Positions 10,361 through 20,275 of a DNA stretch of 37,949 nt are shown here, one piece after another. The DNA is taken from contig KV454019.1 in assembly GCA_001661245.1 (NCBI GenBank), forward strand, positions 1-37,949. Reading direction: 5' to 3'. Origin of the DNA: Pachysolen tannophilus NRRL Y-2460. Its lineage: Eukaryota. Each line of letters opens with the position of its first letter. The first letter of the stretch is position 1. The notes below the pieces were generated by a model. It saw nothing but the letters and a program-made list of their open reading frames with translations. It ran no database searches and had not been told where the DNA came from. The position numbers and the translations under genes were made by a program.

Positions 10361-10873
10361 ATGTCTAGATTATTGACAGTTGCAACAATTGTTGGAGGTG
10401 CTATAGTAGCTTATGGTTTTTATTTTGATTATCAGAGAAGAAATTCTCCTGAATTTAGAAAGAAGTTGAAGAAGAATTTTAAAAAATATAAAAATGAATT
10501 GAGTAAAAAAGAACACGAAGAGAAAAAGGAAAAATATGTTTCAATTAAGGATAAATTGGAGGAATCTTTAAGTGTTGATCCATTGCCAACTGATATCAAG
10601 GAAAAAGAACAATATTTCTTGAAACAAGTTAGTGCTGGTGAACAATTGGCTGCAATTCCAGGTATGGAATATGATGCTGCTATTGGTTTTTATAAAGGTT
10701 TGGCTGTATATCCATCACCAACAGAGCTTTTGAATATTTATCAAAAGACAGTTCCAGAGAAAATTTACGATTTGGTTGTTATGTTGATTGCTATTCAGCC
10801 ACCTCAAGCTGTTATTAACATTTTAGGTGATAACGTCAATGGTGGTGTAGCTGTAGAGATTGAGCAGGATTAA
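10361..10873 (+). CDS. TOM20: Mitochondrial import receptor Tom20 (170 aa)
   Basis: Signal anchor followed by YFDYQRRNSPEFRK, KE.YFL..V..GE.L and FYKGLAVYPSP.ELLNIYQKTVP. Confidence 0.96.
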   Translation: MSRLLTVATIVGGAIVAYGFYFDYQRRNSPEFRKKLKKNFKKYKNELSKKEHEEKKEKYVSIKDKLEESLSVDPLPTDIKEKEQYFLKQVSAGEQLAAIPGMEYDAAIGFYKGLAVYPSPTELLNIYQKTVPEKIYDLVVMLIAIQPPQAVINILGDNVNGGVAVEIEQD

Positions 10874-12024
10874 AAATTGTTTCAAAAACTATTTTAGTGG
10901 GAAAAAAGGGATTCAATATATTCTTTTATTTTTTATATTTACATTTATAAAAAAAAAAAGGTACACCGGGTATCATTGTTAAAAAAAGATATGAAATTAC
11001 TTACAATTTTTTTCTTTTTTTTTTTTTTTTGGTTATTTTTTTTTTCTCTTTTTCTTGTTGATTTCGTATATGAATACTAATTGCTTTATTATGATGATGA
11101 ATGGTTGGTTGATTTTTTCTATTTCAAAAAAATTGTTTTTTTTTTTTTCTTAGAAATTTTTGTTTCACTGTATATATTTGCAAAATCAGGCTTCTCTATC
11201 TTTCTTGAAATAGTTTTATATAAGACAAATATTCAAATTTACAATTTTGATTTAAGTTTGATGCGTACTTCTACTTTTTAGCTAATTACACTTTATTTGA
11301 AGTGAATTCATATGAATTGAGAAAAAAAAAGGTAATTGTTATATTGTAACAGGAATGATTGGGAACTTGCTTAAGAAGAGACCATTTTTCGGTACATATT
11401 TCTGCATATATGGCTAAAAAAAGTATCATTTTAAAACGGCCTGATTCGCTTTCAACCCCCCTTTTTTTTTCTCTCAAATCTTTCTTCTATAGTTCCCAAA
11501 GTTTCCCAAACAAAAAATTAGAGTTCAATCGAGAAAAGATTACTGGAATCAGTTTAAAGTGACATCGAGAGATGGATGGTTTCTTCTTAATCCTACTTTA
11601 TGCAGATCCTCATATTTTTTTGTTATTATTAAAACAATTAAATTCTTTATAAAAATACAACTTTGAATTTGTCTTGACTAACTACTTCAGACTGGTAGTT
11701 TAGAGTTTAAGTTTTGCACATATAATTATCTAAAATTTAGATTGTTTATTTGATGATTTGAATTTTGGAGTAAATATTACAAAAACTTTTGATAAGTGAT
11801 AACAAAATTCTTATCAAATAATCTAAATAACTTACAACAACTTTACTAAACTAACCTTTTATGTAGAACTAGGTTGTAGATTCAGAACTCTAAATAAGAT
11901 TCATGTAATTTATCAAATGAAAACGTACCAACTTGAAGCATCTATTTATACAATTTATTAATCAAGTGGTGTTGATGATGGTGTAGGTGGTGTGCAAGGT
12001 GTGGGGATAATACTAGTAGGGTGA

Positions 12025-12108
12025 GTGGTGTAGGTGGTAATGCATGGTGTAGTTGGTGTGCGTGGTGTAGGTGGTAATGCATGGTGTAGTTGGTGTGCGT
12101 GGTGTAGG
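12025..12108 (+). repeat. 37-bp tandem repeat (about 2.3 copies) built from degenerate telomere-like 9/10-mers, within a GT-rich patch at about 11965-12115
   Basis: GTGGTGTAG-GTGGTAATGC-ATGGTGTAG-TTGGTGTGC at 12025-12061 and 12062-12098, plus a partial copy. Confidence 0.85.
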
Positions 12109-12321
12109 GCGGTAGAAGTTATTTTTTTATTTTGCAGAAGTCATTTTTCAGAGTTAATTTTTGTTTTCTTGCACTCTTATCTTGGAAGAAGTCAAAAATA
12201 GCAAAAAAGGTAAAACACGAAGTTTTCAAATATATAATAAATATCCTATTAATTCAAGACTTGAATTGTTTTTGTAATTACTCTTGAATAGATCAAATTT
12301 TAACTAAGATTTCATTTAAAA

Positions 12322-12864
12322 ATGTTTCCAGCAGTATCGAAAAGGATTATTTTTTCAAGATTTTCTACAATTCATAGAGCAAGTGTTCTTCCAGCTGCAA
12401 CTAGTTTTGTTAGATTTAATTCATCAATTAATAAGATTAATCAAGAATCTATTGTTGGGAAATATTCACCTGGTCCAATTGTACTAAGGTATTCACAAGA
12501 ACATGAATGGGTTGCTGCTCATCCGGATGGGACCACTTTTATTGGAATAACAAAATATGCAGCTGATGCAATTGGTGATGCTACATACGTTGAACTTCCA
12601 GATGTTTCTGATGAGGTTATTGAACAAGGAGCATCATTAGGATCAGTAGAAAGTGTAAAATCTGCATCTGAAATTTATTCTCCAGTTAATGGTGAAATTA
12701 TTGAAGCTAATAAGGTATTATCGGAAAAACCTGATCTTATTAACAGTGATCCAATGGGTGAAGGTTGGATAGTTAAGATGAAAATTTTTGATACAAAACA
12801 ATTAGATGAAGGTGATTTATTTGATGAGAAAGGTTATCAAAAATACTTGGAAGATCTCGATTAG
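12322..12864 (+). CDS. GCV3: Glycine cleavage system H protein
   Basis: Presequence, RYS.EHEW, IGIT.YA.DA.GD.TYVELP, lipoyl site VESVKSASEIYSP and DP.GEGW. Confidence 0.97.
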   Translation: MFPAVSKRIIFSRFSTIHRASVLPAATSFVRFNSSINKINQESIVGKYSPGPIVLRYSQEHEWVAAHPDGTTFIGITKYAADAIGDATYVELPDVSDEVIEQGASLGSVESVKSASEIYSPVNGEIIEANKVLSEKPDLINSDPMGEGWIVKMKIFDTKQLDEGDLFDEKGYQKYLEDLD

Positions 12865-12957
12865 TTTTAAAATATTTCAATTTTTTTTTTTTAAAATTTA
12901 AAATCAACTTACTTTTATACTTAAATTTTAAAATTAACTTGACTAAATTTAAACTAA

Positions 12958-13559
12958 NNNNNNNNNNNNNNNNNNNNNNNNNNNNNNNNNNNNNNNNNNN
13001 NNNNNNNNNNNNNNNNNNNNNNNNNNNNNNNNNNNNNNNNNNNNNNNNNNNNNNNNNNNNNNNNNNNNNNNNNNNNNNNNNNNNNNNNNNNNNNNNNNNN
13101 NNNNNNNNNNNNNNNNNNNNNNNNNNNNNNNNNNNNNNNNNNNNNNNNNNNNNNNNNNNNNNNNNNNNNNNNNNNNNNNNNNNNNNNNNNNNNNNNNNNN
13201 NNNNNNNNNNNNNNNNNNNNNNNNNNNNNNNNNNNNNNNNNNNNNNNNNNNNNNNNNNNNNNNNNNNNNNNNNNNNNNNNNNNNNNNNNNNNNNNNNNNN
13301 NNNNNNNNNNNNNNNNNNNNNNNNNNNNNNNNNNNNNNNNNNNNNNNNNNNNNNNNNNNNNNNNNNNNNNNNNNNNNNNNNNNNNNNNNNNNNNNNNNNN
13401 NNNNNNNNNNNNNNNNNNNNNNNNNNNNNNNNNNNNNNNNNNNNNNNNNNNNNNNNNNNNNNNNNNNNNNNNNNNNNNNNNNNNNNNNNNNNNNNNNNNN
13501 NNNNNNNNNNNNNNNNNNNNNNNNNNNNNNNNNNNNNNNNNNNNNNNNNNNNNNNNNNN
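12958..13559. other. Assembly gap
   Basis: Run of N. Confidence 1.
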
Positions 13560-13715
13560 TTTTTTTTTTTGAATTAGTTGTTTACTTTATTGGGGCAAAA
13601 AGAAAAAAAAAGTAAAGAAAAATAAAAATAAGAAATTATTCGGATAATAAATTTAATTGAATAGTATTATAAATATAAAATAAAATCAAACAATAATAAT
13701 CAATTTAAATAAAAC

Positions 13716-14048
13716 ATGTCTTCATCAGTTCCGTACGATCCATATGTTCCATCATCGACTGAAAATGAGCAGCCATCAAGGACTCTGGAAATCCAGCTGC
13801 AAATTGATGATACAGTTGATATAATGAGGGACAATATTAATAAAGTTGCAGAAAGAGGTGAAAGATTAGATTCTATTCAGGATAAAGCTGATAATTTAGC
13901 TGTAAGTGCCCAGGGATTTAGAAGAGGAGCAAATAGGGTTAGAAAACAAATGTGGTGGAAAGATATGAAGATGAGATTATGCATTATAATTGGTATAATT
14001 GTTCTTTTAATTGTTATAATTGTTCCAATTGTTGTACATTTCAGTTGA
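13716..14048 (+). CDS. SNC2: Synaptobrevin v-SNARE Snc1/Snc2, intronless
   Basis: [41 protein letters not shown] and C-terminal TM ending IVPIVVHFS. Confidence 0.97.
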   Translation: MSSSVPYDPYVPSSTENEQPSRTLEIQLQIDDTVDIMRDNINKVAERGERLDSIQDKADNLAVSAQGFRRGANRVRKQMWWKDMKMRLCIIIGIIVLLIVIIVPIVVHFS

Positions 14049-14561
14049 AGTTATTGACAAAAGAGAAGTAGAAAGACTTATCGAAAAATTATCTTTCTTT
14101 TTTTTTTTTTTTTTTCTTTTAATGTTGATTTATGTGTATATTTTGTTCTGTGGTGGTTATTTATAACATATTTTTCTTTTTTTTTTGTGTTACGGAAAGA
14201 AAAAAAAAAAGTGTTTACTGTTTGTTTAACGCTTTCGTCATTTCTAATCAAGCTTATCTATGAGATTTTATTTTTTCTTTTTTTTTTTTTTTTTTATTTT
14301 AGTATAATTATATGAAGTCTCAGGCAAAATTATATTATATTTAATGTAGTTTTAGTATTATTTAATTGTGAAGAGTAATTAATCACACTAATTTTTTTTT
14401 TTTTTTTTTTATATCTTTGTATAGAAACATTTCAAAACCTGTTTTGTATTAGAAATAAATATAACACATAAGGGAATCAATACAATGGAAACTTTAATCT
14501 CAACATAACAAAAAATGATGAAAAAAAGTATATATATAATGGAATTGGTAAGAAAACAAAG

Positions 14562-14595
<34 letters not shown>

Positions 14596-14779
14596 AAATA
14601 ATTAATAAAATTAAAAATAGTAAAAGCAAAGTTTTAACAAATCACAACAAAAAAAAAAAAAAGAAAAGTAAAAAAATAAAAAATAAGAAAAAATAGAAAA
14701 AAAAAAAAAAAAATAATGGAAAAGGGTTACTATATATAAAACAACGATTGATCTGCTCTAGAAAAAAAACATATCAACC

Positions 14780-17700
14780 TCAAATTGAAGATTCAAATTC
14801 TGCATTTCGCGAAACTAATTCAACAATACGTCTAATGGCAGGTAAATTGAGGAAACTTGGTATATATGCTTCAACTTTAGTAAATCCTCTTAAATCAACA
14901 TTCCGGAATGGATCATCGAAAACTCCATCACCACTTCCGCCTGTAACATCAAGGAAAAATCCACCTTCTTTATCATCTTCTTTAACTCTTTTAGCGACAG
15001 CAGCTAAAACTCCAGGCGCTATCGGTGTCTCATAATCTGCAACATAGTATTGACTAATTAATTTTTGAACTTGAGAAGGTTTTAATGCATAACAAATTTC
15101 ATAAATTATATCAATATCATCTGGTGTGTTCTTTCTTAATTGTAATAACTTAGCTGCTTGTAACAAATGTACTAAATAGTTTCCACCTTCATTAATAGAA
15201 TGACTTTTACACCATTCTTCTAATCGCGTAACATTGTAGTTTAATTGTAATCCTCTCTTCCAACTCAAAAAGTTTCTTCTCATTATTAAATCATTAAAGC
15301 ATAAGGCATCGACAAATCTTAATAATTCAATGATAACTTCATTCATCACCTCTGGTTCAAAGAAATATGATTTCATGGCCCAGTATACAGAATTAAAGAA
15401 ACTCAAAATATCATCCATTTTATATTGAACACCTTGTGAAAATACTTTTGACAAAAATGGAGATGATTCTGGAGCCATAAATCCAGGTAAGGATTGAGAT
15501 AGAACAACAGCACTGACTGCTTTCTTTTCTAAATCTTTCTCCATTTTTTTCATCCACATATTGTATATGTTATAACTTAAAGATTCAAAATCTTCCTTGA
15601 CGACTGCAACCAATTTTAAGTACTCATCATATTCCGAATCACTCATTTCGTTAGATATATTATCATTAGCAATAATTGTAGATTGTGCATAGCTAACAAA
15701 AGAATAAAGTTCATGGGTATTTGATAACCAAAATGCACCATGAGAAATCACTTCTTCATCCTTTAATGCTGAAACTAAATTCTGAATGACAGATAATACT
15801 TCACCAAGGAAATCTTCACTCTCTTTTGTTAAGCCCAATCTCCACATATCACTCAATACGATAATAACAATTCTTGCTGGAAATAATACTTCTTTTCTAG
15901 TAAGATCTCCGGCAACAGTTGCAGGTGGAATTTTTATTCCTTTCAATAATCCGTCAACAATTTCTTTATGTAAAGATCTAGAATCCCGCAATAACTTCCA
16001 TAATTCATCGTTAATTTGATTAACATTTGAAGTTAAAATATCATCTCTAGAAATTTGCATAACAGAAACTGGTCTTGGGGTAAAACTTTGTATTGGTGAA
16101 CTCCAAGGCAAATTTTGATTGCTTGATGGTGATAATGAATGTCTATTATTAACTTGTTGGTTTCTTGTTGGAGTTGAAAGTACTTTAGCTTGTGGTTGTT
16201 GTTGCTGTAAAGAAATTATGTCTGATTTCAATTGAAGAATAGTTTTGTTTAAGCTATCTTTTTCAGCATCGTATGCCTCCAAGTCCAGTCTAGCTTTATC
16301 TAACAGTTCAACATTACGCTTGACATCATCCTTTAATTGTTCTTGTTCCTTAAGAAGTTCCTCTATTCTTGCTTGTGACGAGCCAAACTCTGATTTGACG
16401 CTGTTTAACTCCTGTGTTAACTGAGTAACTTCTTCCAAATGCTTTTCTGAAGTAGTATTCAACTTTTGATTGAACTCTACATGTTGTTGTTGTAGAATCT
16501 CCTTGTCATTTGAAGATTCATCTAATAAAGCTTTCAATTTAGTGATCTCAGTAACTAAGTTCTTATTATCCTGAATCTTAGAAGTAAGGCTTTGCGTTAA
16601 CTCAATAACTTTATTTTCAAGATTGTACTGGACTTCCTTCATTTTGTTAACAGATTTTGCTTCAACTTTAAGCAGTTTCAATTCTTTTATTGCCAATTTA
16701 CGACGGAGACAGCATTGGACAAATATAGTAGCCTTGATATATTTTCTGAATTCACGCTTACCGAGATACGATCTGCAAGAGCGCTGTATAACTAAAGCAC
16801 CATTTAAATTTCTTCTTTCCATAGTTTCTCTTCTCGTCTTGAGACCACGAATACTACTTTGGAGAATTATAATTGAGTGCAAAGCTAATTGGAAATTAGT
16901 TCTTGCCAAGTATCCTCTTGCCAGAGTTTGAATCATCGTGGCAGCATGTTCTTCAATTTCTCTTTGAATTCTGACTCTGACTAATTTACCCCTGATAACA
17001 GATTGTATACCCATTATTGAATTTCTAATCTCCAAGTATTTTCTACGATGGTAAAGCATTCTCAAATTCTTTTGAATCAAAACAGCGCTTCTGAACAATT
17101 TATCACTTCTCAATTTTTCTAGATGAGCCAACATTCCTGCTTTAAAGAAAATCTTTGTGTTTCCAAGTTGGTATTTTGCTTCTGAATCGATGGAAATTGA
17201 CAAGATTTTATTACATAAACCGGACACCTCTTCCTGAGTTGTTTCACCACTGGCTACTTTTAACCACTCATCTGACGAAACTAATATATGATATCTGTCG
17301 GCAAATTCAACATAGGTCCATCTTGATGGAAAACCAGCACAAGATATTCTGATAGTCTCCAAAACACCACAAGCTCTTAATTGAGATAGCACCATCAATG
17401 GATCAAACTCCCAAGCTTTCTTCTGTTCATTAGGTTTTATACAACGAATATAATGGGCATTTGTAGAATTTATTGTTTTCATCAACTCTACTAATGAATT
17501 TTTGAATATTGAACCCAAGGTTGGCTTCTTATTTATTCCTCTTCCCTGCTTTGCAGTTTGTAACAACTCAGCACTTTTATCAACAGTAGCTAAAATTTCT
17601 TGCAACAATTGATTTGAAGTAGCTTTTAATGTTTCTAAATGTCCATCAGAAACTGTATCTCTGTTTTTTTCTATAAAGCCTTCGTTATCGTAGGTAACAT

Positions 17701-19508
17701 CCAAAGCATAATGAGAAACTGTGAACTTATTGTTTCCGAATCTTGGTTTAGAGAAAACTTTGTTGGTAGGTGGTTTTGCCAAAGTCTGGTACATCTTTTC
17801 TACCCATGACAGGTCATTACCTGATGGCAATCTCGACTCTTCATCTAACAATGCTAGAATACCAACTTTTTGTTCGATTAAATCAATACATGGTTGATTA
17901 TCTGAAAATTCAATAAACGACCATTCTATTTCTTCTTTTATATATTCTTCTTGTTCTAATTTGAAAACATGCAGATTAAATTCTTGTTGTAATTTCTCGT
18001 TAGCATAATTAATACAAAATTGTTCAAATGAATTTTTATCAAAATGCTCAAACCCATAGATATCTAAAACACCAATAAAAGAATTAATTTTTGATTCAAC
18101 TTCTGAAGGACACAAATCTGAATTCACATAATCGACTAACCAATCAAACAAGGCAGAATATATATACTTTGCAACAGAATCTCTAGCTACTAAAGCTTGC
18201 AGGTGATTTAAGTTAGAAACAATTTTTTCTGATCTTGTTATGATTTGTTTTTTAACAATCCATTTACTAAAATCATTAGGATCGATTTCCAAAAGTTCAC
18301 ATGCTTTTACAAGATTTGGATCTTCAGATGAAATATGTGCATCATTTCTTGTTTTAGCAACTGCAATGTTACCTATATGTAACAATGCTGCCAATATTTT
18401 ATATATTTCATATTGTTTATCAGCTTCAATTCCAATTAATGCCAATGCATCACTTGTATCTTTAAATTCCTTTGCATCATCAACTCCTTCAATTTCTGGG
18501 ACACCGCCTTGATTTAAATAATGGAAATCTTCAATTTTTGTTAATCCTAATTTTTCCTTATCTTCATCTTTCATACCTTTAATTATTTGATAAAAAATAT
18601 GATAATTTCTTTCTGTTTGTGGTTGAAAAACTAATCTTGAACGTTCTAGCAAATATGTTCTAACTCTTGCACCGATGATGGAAGGTTCTTTATCAAATAA
18701 GATTTCCAAATATTTACCAAATCTAGAAGAATTATCATTTCTTGTTGTCTTTGCATTACCAAAAGCTTCCATAATTGGATTTGTAGCCAAGATTTGCTTT
18801 TCAGTATCAGACATATCATGATTTGTTGAATCTGCCTCCACAGAAGCAAAAAATCTCATAATATATTTAGCTGAGACAGTTTTACCAGCACCTGATTCAC
18901 CACTAACTATTATAGTTTGATTTTTACCATCTCTTTTCATACATCTATAAGCATCTTCTGCAACAGCGAAAAGATGAGGTTCTAATTCACCACGTCTTTT
19001 ACCTGCATAAGCTTGGATAATATCAGGTGAATATAATTGATCAACTCTTTGGAAAGGATTTGTTGCTATTAACACGATACCAGAATATGTATAAATATTC
19101 AATTGTGAATAACGAATTTTAATGGCGTTTAATACAGCAGGTTCATTAAGATACGATAAACTGGTCAAATCTTCATTTGCTTCTAATATTGGTGGATTTC
19201 TTAATTGTGGCAAATCTTTATTGTTTTCATCTAAGGAATCTGCTTCAACTGTAAATTCTCTACCATCTTCTGCAACTAATCCTATTATATACTTGTTACC
19301 CTCATGTTTATGTGAAGTTACTTCAGTTCCAACCCAACCTTCTTTTTCATCTGGATACCAACAACGACTAATAAGAAAATATTAAGAAACAATTAGTAAA
19401 TCGACCTTAAAAAGAACCTTTATCATCTTGTGATAAAGAAGAAAATTTCTAAAGAAAATAAAAAAAATAAATCACAACTTACGTTCCAACTTCATATGTA
19501 GAGGACAT
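14780..19508 (-). CDS. MYO2: Class V myosin, exons 19508-19483 and 19367-14780 (1537 aa)
   Basis: GESGAGKT, EAFGNAKTTRNDNSSRFGK, IQ repeats, coiled coil and DIL tail. Splicing gives MSSTYEVGTRCWYP, matching Myo2 N-termini and in frame with the long ORF. Confidence 0.97.
19368..19482 (-). other. Spliceosomal intron in MYO2 (115 nt)
   Basis: GTAAGT donor at 19482, TACTAAT branch at 19398-19392, TAG acceptor at 19370-19368. Confidence 0.9.
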
Positions 19509-20275
19509 TATCTCGTCTTTTCAATCTCCAAACAAAAAAAAAAATTATTCTTCCCACTTTCAATAATTATCTCCTCTATCTTTATAAATATATTAGATCA
19601 GGATAAATCTTCAAAATAAATCAATAGAAAAAAAATAAAATAAATAAAACAAGTTTCGAAAAAAACAAATAATAAAAAGAAAAAATAATTAAAAAAACAC
19701 ACAAAAAATTGATCAATTAAAATAAATTAAATTCTTTTAATTAATATAGGCAACCTAAATCAAATTATAACTCTCTTTTTTTTTTAAAAAAAAAAAGTTA
19801 ATAGATCTCAATTCAATTACCTTTGACTTGATTTCTATTTTAATTGCCTTGATAGATTTTTCTTGTAGTATTTTTAATTTCAAACAATTAATGATAATGT
19901 TTGTTGTTATTTTACGTTTTGGACTTTTTCTTTTTTTTATTTTTTTGTTCTTTACTGTTGAAAACGCGATGTTTCTTTATTGGCGACCTTTTCTGTTATT
20001 TACCTTAAGAAAAAGATCGAAACAGGGGCTTTGATTTGGGCGGGAGGAGGAAATAAAGAGAAAGAAAGGCAGAAAGAAAGGGCTCCAGCCGGAAAGTTTG
20101 AAGGAGGAAATTAGACGGGGAAATTAGGCGGAAGAGATGGCAGTCATTTGACAGTCATTTGACTGAATGAATGAATGAATGAATGAATGCATTAGCTACA
20201 AAAATAAGGTATAGCAAAACGTTTTATTAAATATTATGCAGATGCAGTAGTAAATACTATTTATTTTATTATTCT

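Noticed and set aside
12025..12108. CRISPR array or transposon repeat
   Set aside because: Head-to-tail repeats without spacers in a eukaryote, and no transposase, RT or LTR pair was seen.
13785..13799. CUG=Ser (Candida-type code)
   Set aside because: CTG in polyQ tracts fits either reassignment, but both Snc CTGs align with Ala in the recalled Snc1 sequence. Ser is less supported, though only a genome-wide test would exclude it.
14748..19385. Short antisense ORFs inside MYO2 and other genes, and F/K-rich intergenic ORFs
   Set aside because: Shadows of real genes or translations of poly(A/T), with no recognisable motifs.
20164..20188. Simple repeats: (TGAA)n here, (ATAA/ATAG)n near 8020-8100, (AT)n near 22605 and AAGGTATA near 31513-31555
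   Set aside because: Ordinary microsatellites of an AT-rich genome with no sign of function.
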